DNA from: Octopus vulgaris
Taxonomy: Eukaryota
Assembly (NCBI GenBank): GCA_951406725.2
Contig: OX597814.1
Location: forward strand, 8,308,001-8,372,000
Reading direction: 5' to 3'
DNA length: 64,000 nt
Shown here: piece by piece, positions 1 to 11,343 of the stretch
How the letters are laid out: the number at the start of each line of letters is the position of its first letter
How positions within the stretch are numbered: the stretch's first letter is position 1
The notes under the pieces: model-generated
Database searches by the model: none
The model's input: only the letters and a program-made list of their open reading frames with translations
Told to the model about the DNA's origin: nothing
Position numbers and translations under genes: made by a program

Positions 1-330
1 TTTATGCTGGGAGTCAACTTCGTTCGCTTCTCTTACATTAATATCAGTGGGAACACTAAAGACAGAGCAGTATTATTTCTGCAGTATTTCTGCCATTTCT
101 TTAGCATCGTGTTGGGGAATGCCGTTATTTTCAATCAATGGCCCAATGGGTGAGACAGTGGTTCTATGCTTATTTGCATAAGAATAGAACACTTTTGGGT
201 TCTGTTTGATGTTTTTGATAACCCACTGTTCCTCCACAGCTCTTTGATTTTCAATGGAGGTTTTCATGTCAGTCTGCAGATGAAGTTTTTCAAACTCTAG
301 TCTTTTCATTGTTGTTGAATGAGGATGTTG
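1..330 (-). mobile_element. CR1-group LINE ORF2 fragment (endonuclease-RT linker)
   Basis: The translation IKQNPKVFYSYANK...IGPLIENNG...AEILQK*YCSVF matches the same region of the CR1-group element at 23400-23620 (GPLIDENG...GEILQKQYCSVF). Confidence 0.8.
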
Positions 331-626
331 TATGTGGGAATATTTTAATTGGTTGATTTATATATATATATATATATATATATACATACATGTATATATA
401 TGTATGTATATATATATATACACGTATATATATAGATGTATATGTATAGATGTATATGTACACATGTATATGCATAGATGTATTTCTATAGATATAGCTG
501 TATATGGATGTATGTGTAGATGTATACATACATGTACACATATATATACACATATATATATGCATACATATATACACCCATACACACATACACACCCACA
601 CCCACACCCACACACAAACATACATA

Positions 627-958
627 GGTGCAGGTGTGGGTGTGTGGTAACAAACTTCATTCCAAAACACATGGTTCTCAGTTCAGTCCCACTGTGTGGT
701 AACTTGGCACGTGTCTTCTGTTAAAGCCTCAGACCAACTAAAGCCTTGTCAGTGGATTTTGTAGACAGAAACTGAAAGAAATCAATTGTATGTATATGTA
801 TGTATATATGTAAGTCTATGTGTGTGTCTTTGTGTTTCTCCCTCATCACTGCTTCACAACTGGTGTTCGTTTATTTACATCCCCATAACTTACTGGTTTC
901 ACAAGAAGAAACTGATAGAATAAGTACCAGGCTTATCAAAATATAAAAAAGCACTAGG
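627..958 (+). mobile_element. tRNA-derived SINE, decayed
   Basis: The head GGTGCAGGTGTGGGTGTGTGGTAA and B-box-like GTTCAGTCCC are present. Related pieces recur at 11538-11990, 56300-56360 and 58015-58140. Confidence 0.65.
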
Positions 959-1062
959 CAGTGTCTCATATTTTTGTTTGCCCACTCAGTTGTATCTATC
1001 AATTTATCTTCGTATGTCTGCGTGTGTGTACGTATCTATATCTATCTATCTATCTACGGACG

Positions 1063-4000
1063 TGTTGTCAACCTCGGCTCCGAAGGTAATCGTTTATTAT
1101 GACTATTTATAGCCTATATTTTGTGTACAATTTTGTAAATAAGGTGTGTAAGGCACCCAACTTTTGTTTGAGTGCTTTTCCAAAGGAGGAATTCGCCCCT
1201 AGGGGCAGTTTCAACCCTATTTAATTTGTGTATTTTTCTTCTTAACATTAAAAAATGTTGAGAAATTTTATTGTAGAACGCTGGTCGCGTTCCTTTATGG
1301 ACCAGCATTTTCCTAGATTGGAAACGCTAGGAGAAAAAAAGAACTTATGCACGCAAAGTGCAAACCTGAATGACGTGGTAGTGAACGCTGCAACCACTTG
1401 CGGTAACAGCCCTGTCACCACCACCACCACCACTAACAACAACAACAACGAGACTACTACTGCTACCACCACCACCACGACCAACATAAATGATAAAAAT
1501 GAAACTCACGCGAATACTATTAACAAAAACAACAACAACAACAAGAACAACAATAAAAATGAAATAAATATCTTACTATCTCATAGTGAAAACATTAATA
1601 TAAAAGCATCAACAACACCAGTAAATTTTGCTGACACTCTGCGTCAGAAAAAAGAAATAGTAACATTTACGAATGAAGAGTTAATAGAAACGAGAGCACT
1701 CTTTACAACCCAAGGGCAGGATTTAGTGCTGCATACACATCAACACATAAAGGAACAAATAGAAAATAAGACAATTATATATAAAATTATAAGAAAAAAC
1801 AAAAAACAAAATGAACAGATTACAAAAACGGACATAGAAAAGTGTTTAAAAAGCATAATGGAAAAAAAGAATATATAAACTGGGGTCCCCAGTTTAATAC
1901 AGTGGTGGTCCGCTTCCCTAACCAGGAAATGGCAAAAGCTCACTCTACGGAGTCTTTGCAAAATGACGAAATCATCATGGTACCTTATTACAAAGGCCAG
2001 AGAGTGAGTAGAATTACTATTAAAAATGTACCCCCCAAGATTCCTAACAAATGGATAACAGGGGCAATCTGTTACCATTTGAAAAATATAATATGTAAAG
2101 GGAACTGGTTGCTTCTTTACACTTTTGGGGTGCAACTTGGGTGCAACACAATTTCCTTTCTTTTTGTTTCTAGAAACTACCAGTCAGGAACGAAACGGAA
2201 GTTAAAAAATATATATAATTCTTTATTTTCTGTTTCGACAATGAAACACGATGGTATGCTGATATCCACCTAGTTCAACGCAGCAAGGCTGAATTCAAAC
2301 GTTTGTAAGCTTTACAACAATTCAGCAGCAGTAGAACAGGTTAAATCCTAAGCGTCTGGGACAGGAGAATAGGCTGATCACACGTATGAAAATACGTCCT
2401 TTCTCTTCGATCGCCGTGCCTCAAGTCCCCGAACGCTATTAAGGAACGCTATAGAATTTATTCTTCAGTCTCTAGCGCATGTGCATGGGGAAACTTCCTT
2501 ATGCCTTTCCAGAAGGTTCCAACCCCGCACACGCACACTGAAGAATGACGTTGCGTGTGCGCACACTGGAATATGACGTCACTACAAATATTTTAGAGAC
2601 TGCCGTATACAGAAATGACAATTGGGGTGGAAAAACAATAGTAGTGACCATCCAGATTGAGGGGTCCTCTATCGAGAACCTACCTGATAGGATCTACTTA
2701 GAAAATGGGCAAAGCCTATATGTTGTAGCAGAAGGCAAAAAGCCTAGATGCTACAACTGTGGCAGCCCAGAACATTTAATTGCCAAGTGCGCTCTGGCAC
2801 AGAAAAAAAAGAAAGAACAAATCAGAAAACAAATAAAAAATCCTTGTTGCCAACACCAACACCAACACACTCAATTATGGAACAATGCCAAGAAAAACAA
2901 CAAACCAGCAAACAAATCCCAACAACATCACCAAGAAAATAAACAGTACCAACACAATCACTGTTGACGTCGCAACCAATTCATCATGCTGAACCAAAAG
3001 ATAGACCAACAACACCGAGGACGACAATTAAAAAGACAGAAAACAGTGACGAGAAGACAAATGCTACCCCTAACACCACAACAACACAAACACCGCACAA
3101 AACATCAACAATTTCTACAAGCATACATATTAACGCAAATGCTTTGCCTTTACCCCCTTCTGATTCGTCAGACGACGAAAGTTCGATGGAATGGCAAATA
3201 GCCACAGGGGGTAAAAGGAAAAGATAAAAAAGCCTACCAAACAAGGAAGTAAAGCAGGGAGATATTTAACTCCGGACAGCATCCCCCTAGACAATCAAAA
3301 AATCAATGAACCCACAAAACCACACACACAACTAACTGCAATAGACACAGACAATAAAAAATTAATGGATTACATTGCATCCAACACAGACATCTGTGAA
3401 GATGACTTTAAGACAAACAATCATCTGCGCATCACACCACCAAAACACATGAGAATTGTCCACATAACACAAACACAACACCATACACTGAAAATAATAT
3501 TTCCAAATGCGGTAGGCGGGTTTCAACGATACCTCTCCAAAAAACTATACAAACACCTCATCAAAGACACTACAAAAGAAGATGAAAAAAATGAAACTTT
3601 CGAAATGAGTAAGTGACCTTCCCTCTTGCCTCTTGTCTCTTCCAATGTAGTGTGTGAAACACAATTTTCGTAAACGTCAATTATGCTTAAATTAGGTTGT
3701 GTGAATGCGCGTGGCTTGGCGTCGGCTTGGAAGCAAGGTTACCTTCTAAACGACATCAAGTCACTGAACGTGGATATAGTAGCTATCAGTGAAACTAGAC
3801 TCAGCAAGCCGCGGGCCCTCGCGTCCATGTTTGGCGATCAATTTGACATTTATTTTTCTCCTTGTCTGCCGAACATGGGTGGTGGAGGTACCGCAGTGCT
3901 TTTTCGAAAGAGTCTAAATGTAAAAGTAAGAACAATATTCCTAAACCCGGAGGGTAGGCTGGTTGTCTTGGACGTGGATGGCAGAAATGGGTGTGCATTC

Positions 4001-4366
4001 CGTCTGATGGCAGTTTATGCACCGTCCTTAACGGGTCGGGCGGATTTCTTCAGACGTCTAGAGGTTTTCCTCGGTACGTCTAGACCTTTACTGTTAGTAG
4101 GGGATTGGAACGCTACCTTGGACACGCATCTAGATTATGTGGGAATGGATAGGAATAGAGGGGAGTGTAAGTGCCTCAAAGACCTACTCAGACGTTTCCA
4201 TTTGTCTGACAGGTTCCGACTCGACCATCTGAACGTGCCAACGTGGACTTGGACAAACCGCGTCGGATCGTCGAGATCTTATCTAGGTAGAATTCTATGC
4301 AGGACAGCGGATAGGGATAGTGTAGGATGTCCACAATTTAAAATAGTCAGCTACACAGATCACAAA
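1063..4366 (+). mobile_element. Tx1/L1-group LINE, 5' half (broken ORF1 plus APE endonuclease), truncated on the 3' side
   Basis: ORF1 pieces carry a CCHC knuckle (CYNCGSPEHLIAKC, ~2749) and a basic tail (WQIATGGKRKR). ORF2 from 3683 has APE motifs NARGL, SETR, VYAP, GDWN and TDHK. Confidence 0.9.
3683..4366 (+). pseudogene. LINE ORF2 APE endonuclease domain (open frame, RT missing)
   Basis: A complete EEP motif series runs to SYTDHK. The ORF-track extension to 4435 reads into unrelated inserted sequence. Confidence 0.85.
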
Positions 4367-4392
4367 TTTAAGAAGGAAATCATGTTTACTTA

Positions 4393-4469
4393 TCCCTATG
4401 GCCATTTCAGGGGTGTATTATGTTTAAAGCACTAGGGTGCATTCAGATAATACCTCCTTAATCAGGGGA
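4393..4469 (-). ncRNA. Hammerhead copy with mutated core (CTGATTA), probably inactive
   Basis: Inverted copy of the 4576-4652 motif. G8 is replaced by U. Confidence 0.65.
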
Positions 4470-4575
4470 AAAAAAATATATATATAAAACAAAGATAGAC
4501 ATCACGCACCAGGCCCGTACGGTGTTGTTTGCTTTCCCACTGTGGTATTCATGCTCGGATATATATATATTTTTT

Positions 4576-4652
4576 TCCCCTGACGAAGGAGGTATTATCT
4601 GAATGCACCCTAGTGCTTTAAACATAATACACCCCTGAAATGGCCATAGGGA
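4576..4652 (+). ncRNA. Minimal type-I hammerhead ribozyme
   Basis: TCCC | CTGACGA (4580-4586) | stem II AGG..GTATTAT/ATAATAC..CCT | GAAA (4637-4640) | TGGCCA palindrome | TA | GGGA. Confidence 0.8.
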
Positions 4653-5342
4653 TAAGTAAACATGATTTCTTTCTTAAATATAAGGCTTATTTTACCCGAA
4701 TAAGATTTCTAAACGATGAACCTTATTTTACTTTATTTACATGATATATATGTTATATATTTTTTTATATGCTCCTATATGTATATATATTTATATATGT
4801 TTTATATATTTTTATATGCCTATATTTTTATATACCTATATAGTTTTATATATTACTTATATTATATTTTACTTTCTACGTCCTTTTATAAATGTATTCT
4901 CTTTGAATCGCTAAAATATTAATTCTAAATTTTTAATGTTAAGAATTTTTCTCGCACCATATTATTATTATTACGTGCTATACATATGAATTTTGTTCCA
5001 TCTTGCGGGTTATATGTTTATTCTATAATTAAATGTTCGAATTATGAAATGATATGTGGATGACCTTGCATTTGCTCGTTCAATGATTTTAATTTGATAT
5101 ATATATATATATATATATATATAGTCAATTTAGGGTAGCAAAAAATTCAATAGAAATTTATCGCTACCAGCGGCCTAGTGGAAAAGAGAAAATAGTCAAC
5201 GACTAAATATATAAATATAACAATTTAGGAGTGACCTTAACAGGTCATTCGTCCACCAGAAAGAGCAGCCATAACTCACACCGCCAAGTAGTAGTAATTC
5301 AGAAATTAGGTGAAAATTTAAAAACATTTACCCTAATTCATC

Positions 5343-5440
5343 TTTTAGACGATGCATCGTTTCTGTGTCATTAATGATTAAATTAGCTTAATTAAATTAA
5401 ATTAAGCTAATCTACCATAGGTTACACTTCATCAGTAAAA
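5343..5440 (-). ncRNA. Type-I hammerhead ribozyme, copy 1
   Basis: Minus strand: TTTTA | CTGATGA | long stem II | GAAA | CGATGCATCG | TC | TAAAA. Confidence 0.88.
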
Positions 5441-5815
5441 AACCTGGGAGAGACAAATATACACGAGGCGTCTGTATCGATGCCTCCGGAATATCTGTCT
5501 TAAAATTTTCAAGACTGACGTATTCGCGCCAAACTTATCAGCAGTAAATATAAACTGCCGATTCAATCTCAGAATTATTCAGAAAATTATCAATTAGTCA
5601 ATTTAGGGTAGCAAAAAATTCAATAGAAATTTATCGCTACCAGCGGCCTAGTGGAAAAGAGAAAATAGTCAACGACTAAATATATAAATATAACAATTTA
5701 GGAGTGACCTTAACAGGTCATTCGTCCACCAGAAAGAGCAGCCATAACTCACACCGCCAAGTAGTAGTAATTCAGAAATTAGGTGAAAATTTAAAAACAT
5801 TTACCCTAATTCATC

Positions 5816-5913
5816 TTTTAGACGATGCATCGTTTCTGTGTCATTAATGATTAAATTAGCTTAATTAAATTAAATTAAGCTAATCTACCATAGGTTACAC
5901 TTCATCAGTAAAA
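5816..5913 (-). ncRNA. Type-I hammerhead ribozyme, copy 2
   Basis: Same motif as copy 1, 473 bp away. Confidence 0.88.
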
Positions 5914-6069
5914 AACCTGGGAGAGACAAATATACACGAGGCGTCTGTATCGATGCCTCCGGAATATCTGTCTTAGTTTGGCGCGAATACGTCAGTCTTG
6001 AAAATTTTAAGACAGATATTCCGGAGGCATCGATACAGACGCCTCGTGTATATTTGTCTCTCCCAGGTT

Positions 6070-6167
6070 TTTTACTGATGAAGTGTAACCTATGGTAGAT
6101 TAGCTTAATTTAATTTAATTAAGCTAATTTAATCATTAATGACACAGAAACGATGCATCGTCTAAAA
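6070..6167 (+). ncRNA. Type-I hammerhead ribozyme, copy 3 (inverted)
   Basis: TTTTA (6070) CTGATGA (6075-6081) ... GAAA (6147-6150) CGATGCATCG TC (6161-6162) TAAAA. The cleavage triplet is the canonical GUC. Confidence 0.88.
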
Positions 6168-6304
6168 GATGAATTAGGGTAAATGTTTTTAAATTTTCAC
6201 CTAATTTCTGAATTACTACTACTTGGCGGTGTGAGTTATGGCTGCTCTTTCTGGTGGACGAATGACCTGTTAAGGTCACTCCTAAATTGTTATATATATA
6301 TATA

Positions 6305-6665
6305 TATATATAAAACTGAGAATCAGTCTGTCTGTCTGTGTGAATCCCTAAAACTTGAGAACTACACAACCAATTTCATTCAAATTTTACACATGCCTTA
6401 CTTAGGGTCTATTGCAAGCCCACAGCAATATCATATCTTCTCCACTATTTCAGTATTACGTGTCAAAAGTGAAACAAAGACATCTCTCTATTGTAATGTC
6501 AGATACTTTCACTTTAATACTTTCACTTTAATACTAAAAACTATTAAAGCTGGACATCAATTATGCTAGAAGAAGATCCGCTATGGTCTTATATGCTACA
6601 CCACTGGTTTTCAATTCATATTAATCAAATTAATATTGAATTTTTCATCCTTATTATTTTAAATT
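6305..6665 (+). mobile_element. Non-autonomous Helitron-like 5' fragment
   Basis: TATATATAAAA...(GTCT)n...AACCAATTTCATTCAAATTTT. Homologous copies are at 11636-11835 (+) and 29965-30250 (-). Confidence 0.55.
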
Positions 6666-6677
6666 TAAATTTAGATG

Positions 6678-6724
<47 letters not shown>

Positions 6725-6725
<1 letters not shown>

Positions 6726-7916
6726 GAAAAAAGTCAAGATAGAAAGTGCTAAAATAATTTTATAAAAATTTCAGTACCGGTTTCAGTCATTGAGACTTTT
6801 TCAATTGTAACAATTAAACAATTAAATTTAAAAATTTAAAAGAAAAGTTTTTTTTTAAAGAATATTTGTATAATATTCAAATAGAAGTGGCATTTTCCTT
6901 GTTTCTGCCTGTCTTTGTCTCTCATTTTTTACTCTTGTGGGTTCAAGGTCATTGTGTATTCTTGGTAGGAAAGAAGAAGAAAACGAAGAAGGAGGAGCAG
7001 AAGAAGTGGAAGAAGAAGAATAAGAATTTGAGAGCGCCATGATAGTAGTATTTTGAATGATCAGTTGATGGTAGCAGTCCCTGTTCAATTCATGAAAATA
7101 TTTCTTTAGAATGTTTTGTTTATAGAATTTGCTTAGGTGTTGTTCTAAAAAGCATTAGTGATAAAGTTAGGAAGGAAGAGGAGGAGGAGGAGAAGAAGAA
7201 GAAGGGAGATTAAGAATGAATGTAGGTAGTGTGAAAGTAGTAAAGTGTTAAATGACTTAAAATTGGGACTGTTTTTTAATAAATTCTTGGGAATCTCTTG
7301 AGTGTATCATCTCTAATATTTGCATGTGTATTTGTGTTATTCTAAGGCCAAGGTGGACATGTCGTTTGTCGTAGACGTGTTCAGAAGGGGACTGTATTTT
7401 GTAATAAAGAGAGTTTCTTTACTAATTCGTTGGCTATAGGTTGTATCGTCCCTGAATTGGTAGGGGGGGGAAAATTCTGAAGTTTGGATTTTTGTTGTTG
7501 GTGCAAATGTCTATATGTTGGCTGAATGCTATTTTTTGTTTTGGGGGATTTTTATCTGGGATCTGTGCAGGGCAATTCTTTTACGTAGACTATTTTTTGT
7601 TTGGCCTATGTATTGCTCTTGACACCCAGAGCAGGTTAGTGCGTATATCAGGTTTTTCGAAACACATGTAAAGTTGTTTTCACTGTGAAACGTTGTCCCT
7701 GTTTGAAGGAGAACTCTGATCCCTCAATTACATAATTGCAAATCCCACAATTGGGTCTTCCACATATTTTAACGGACAGCTTCTGTGTTGATGAGCATAT
7801 TTGGGCTTGTGTTAGGAGACTCTTCATAGATTTGGGCTGTCTCTTACTTTTTATGATGGTGTGTGTTTGGAGAATAAAGTTCATTCTGTGGTCTGTTTTA
7901 GCAGGGGTATGTTTTG

Positions 7917-7920
<4 letters not shown>
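6725..7920 (-). mobile_element. Penelope-like element 3' fragment (GIY-YIG endonuclease plus 3' region)
   Basis: Minus strand reads CGRPNCGIC, then after a frameshift NLIYALTCSGCQEQYIGQTKNSLRKRIALH...KETLFITKYSPLLN. Confidence 0.85.
6772..6807 (-). ncRNA. Hammerhead variant with U3-A8 core
   Basis: CAA | TTGAAAA | AGTC-tcaat-GACT | GAAA | CCGG | TA | CTG. It lies downstream of the PLE GIY-YIG, and stem I has one mismatch. Confidence 0.6.
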
Positions 7921-7947
<27 letters not shown>

Positions 7948-7954
7948 CAGAGAG

Positions 7955-9840
7955 AGAGGGAGAGAGAAAAGAGACAGGCTTGGAAGGACTGGAAAAGTGG
8001 TGGTAGCAGGGAATTGTATCAGACTGCCAAAAGGGAAGCTAGGAGACAGGTCTATTTAGCCAGAGGGGAAGCAGAGAAGAAAAAATTTGCCAATGTTCTG
8101 CGCTATGAGGACCAAAGACTTGAAGTATTTCGTGTTGCAAGACAGTGTGTGAGAGAGAATTGTGATGTGGTAGGAGAGAAATGTGTTCGCATGGATGATG
8201 GCTCACTTGCGCTAAATGAGGATGAAAAGAGAGAGGCTTGGAAACACCACTATGAAAGGTTGCTGAATAAAGAAAATAAATGGGATAAAGAGAGTCTGTG
8301 GAATGTCGACCCAACAGTGGGACCAGCTATCTCAGTTGAGAGTTCCTTGGTAGGTAAGGCAGTTAGAAGCATGAAAACAGGGAAAGCCCCAGGCCCATCA
8401 GGAATTACTGCAGAGATGCTCAAAATATCTGGCAGTGTCGGCTATAACCTAGTCACCCATATAGTTAACCAGGTGATACACGAAGGAGTCATACCCAATG
8501 ACTGGTGTAGCCGCACCATAGTCAACTGCTACAAAGGTAAAGGTGACGCTTTAGATACAAATAATTACAGAGATATCAAGCTGTTGGATCAGGTAATGAA
8601 GGTTACGGAGAGGGTCATAGCCCAACTGATTAGGGAGAGAGTCAGCTTGGACAAGATGCAGTTTGGTTTCGTGCCAGGGAAGAGTACCACTGATGCTATA
8701 TTCCTGGTAAGAAATACCTAGCCAAAGATAAGCCCCTGTACCTGGCTTTTGTTGACATGGAGAAAGCCTTCGACAGGGTCCCCCGATCCCTTATCTGGTG
8801 GTCAATGAGGAAACTAGGGATAGATGAATGGTTAGTGAGAGCTGTGCGAGCCATGTACAGGGACGCTGCTAGTAAGGTGAGGGTTGGCAATGAGTACAGT
8901 GAAGAATTTTGGGGAGAGGTAGGGGTCCACCAAGGTTCAGTCCTCAGCCCCCTCCTATTTATCATAGTCCTCCAGGCAATAATGGAGGAATTCAAGACAG
9001 GATGCCCCTGGGAGCTCCTCTATGCTGATGACCTTGCTCTAATTGCTGAGTCCTTATCAGAACTGAAGGAGAAGATTCAGGTGTGGAAGCAAGGACTAGA
9101 ATCGAAGGGCCTTAGAGTCAACCGAGCTAAACCAAAGTCCTAATAAGGAGGAAGATAGACAAACCACAAACGCCTTCAGGTAAATGGCCCTCCTCGATCT
9201 GTAGAAAAGGCGTAAGTAGAAACTCCATAAGAAGTACCCAGTGTAAGCTATGGACACATAAGCGATGCAGCAATATCAAAGGAAGGCTAACTAGGAAGAT
9301 AGTTTTTGTATGTGGCAGATGCTCAGGAGCCATAAACTCTGAAAATGTGCTGAGAACAACTTCCGCCACATTCCAGGGAGAAAAACTAGAAATAGTTGAT
9401 AGCTTCCGTTACCTAGGTGACCTAGTCAGTAGCGGGGGAGTGTGTGCTGAAAGTGTAACTGCTAGAGTAAGAATAAACTGGGCAAAGTTCAGAGAGCTCT
9501 TACCTCTGCTGGTGACTAAAGGCCTCTCGCTCATAGTAAAAGGCAGACTGTATGACACATGTGTACGAACAGCCATGCTACATGGCAGTGAAACATGGGC
9601 CGTGACTGCTGAGGATATGCGTAAGCTCGCAAGAAATGAAGCCAGTATGCTCTGATGGATGGCACGTAAAAGCACCCACTACACTCATGGATTGGTTGGC
9701 GTTAGGAAGGGCATCCAGCCATAGAAACATTGCCAGATCCGACTGGGCCTGTTGCAGCCTTCTGGCTTCCCAGACCCCAGTTGAACCATCCAACCCATGC
9801 TAGCATGGAAAGCGGACGCCAAACGATGATGATGATGATG
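7955..9840 (+). mobile_element. RTE-clade LINE, 5'-truncated and frameshifted, with 3' tail
   Basis: RT motifs KAPGP, YKGKGD, QFGF, DMEKAFD, GVHQGSVLSP and YADD are present. It ends in ...CCCATGCTAGCATGG...(GAT)n. Confidence 0.93.
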
Positions 9841-11050
9841 ATCATCATCATCATCATTTAACATCCGTTCTCCATGCTAGCATGGGCTGGACGGTTCGAT
9901 CAGGGATCTGGGAAGCCAGAAGGCTGCACCAGGCTCCAGTCTGATCTGGCAGTTTTTCTACAGCTGGATGCCCTTCCTAACGCCAACCACTCCGTGAGTG
10001 TAGTGAATGCCTTTTACGTGCCAGGCGAGGCTGGCAATGGCCACGAACTGTTGGTGCTTGTTACATGCCACCGGCATGGAAGCCAGTCAAGGCGGCGCTG
10101 GCATAAGTCACGTTCGGATGGTACTTTTTATGTGGCACTGGCACAGGGATCACAACTACGATTTCCATTGATTTTTGATGTTCGTGTACTTGACTCAATA
10201 GGTCTCCTCAATCACAGGGTCAAAACGGTGTTCCTTTACTTGCCACCTTCACAGGAGTCAGTCCAACGGTCCTGGCAACTGCCGGGTGCCAGTCATAGGA
10301 TTGGTTCAATTTCGAATTCGATTTCGACTTCGCTTGCCTCAACAGGACTTTGTGTGTCCAAGGAAGGAAAGGCATGCATAAGTGGGCTGGCTACATCCCT
10401 GGCAAGGGCCACGGGATGGACTCACTTGTTCTGCTGAGTCTTCTCATGCACAGCATATTTCCAAAGATCTCCGTCACTAGTCATTGCCTCGGTGAGGCCT
10501 AAAGTTCAAAGGTTGTGCTTCACCACCTCGTCCCAGGTTTTCCAGATAAGGGATCGGGGGACCCTGTCGAAGGCTTTCTCCATGTCAATGAAAGCCCCGT
10601 ACAGGGGCTTATCTTTGGCCAGGTATTTCTCCTGCAGCTGTCTCACCAGAAATATGGCATCAGTGGTACTTTTCCCTGGCACGAAACCAAACTGCATCTT
10701 GTCCAAATTGACTCTCTCCCTAATCAATTGGCCTATGACCCTCTCCGTAACCTTCATTACCTGATCCAACAGCTTGATACCTCTGTAATTATTTGTATCT
10801 AAAGCATCACCTTTACCTTTGTAGCAGTTGACTATTATGCTGCTACACCAGTCATTGGGAATGATTCCTTCGTGTATCACCTGGTTAACTATACGGGTGA
10901 CTAGGCTATAGCCAACACTACCAGATATTTTGAGCATCTCTGCAGTGATTCCTGATGGGCCTGGGGCTTTCCCTGTCTTCATGCTTCTAATTGCCTTAAC
11001 TACCAAAGAAGTGTCAACTCGGATAGCTGGTCCCTCTGTTGGGTCGACAT
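9841..11050 (-). mobile_element. RTE LINE fragment with internal deletion, tail-to-tail with the previous copy
   Basis: It has a (CAT)n tail on + and a 3' UTR. In ORF 10506-11102, RSLIW is fused directly to KTWDEVVKH. Confidence 0.9.
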
Positions 11051-11055
11051 ATATG

Positions 11056-11100
<45 letters not shown>

Positions 11101-11343
11101 ATGTATATCTATACATGTTTTTGTATACATGTATATGTATAGATGTATTTCCATAGATATATATGTATATGTATACATGTATGTGTAGATGTATATATAT
11201 ATATATATATTGGAAGGTTTGGAGATGATGTACAGGTATTATATATTAGAAGACATGAGGTACCCATAAAATCGGATGGATTATATTTACAGATATTTAT
11301 GTGTATATTACATATTTTATATATCATATTACTTAGATCATGT

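Larger units (their letters stand above)
4366..4679. repeat. ~120-bp inverted repeat, PLE pseudo-LTR-like, with a hammerhead motif in each arm
   Basis: 4366-4486 is the near-exact reverse complement of 4560-4679, with a ~70-bp spacer. Confidence 0.9.
5122..6296. repeat. 473-bp tandem unit (5122-5594 and partial 5595-5975) plus inverted partial copy (5976-6296); retrozyme/pLTR-like
   Basis: TAGTCAATTTAGGGTAGC starts at both 5122 and 5595. 5976-6296 is the reverse complement of about 5215-5535. The block is flanked by (TA)n. Confidence 0.92.

Noticed and set aside
290-724. YI/HT/VC-rich ORFs (also at 11100-11660, 13580-13950 and 30130-30490)
   Set aside because: These are translations of TA/CA microsatellites.
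2094-2566. Solo LTR interpretation of the ORF1 insertion
   Set aside because: It starts near TG, but no CA end with a matching 4-6 bp TSD was found. It is left as unidentified.
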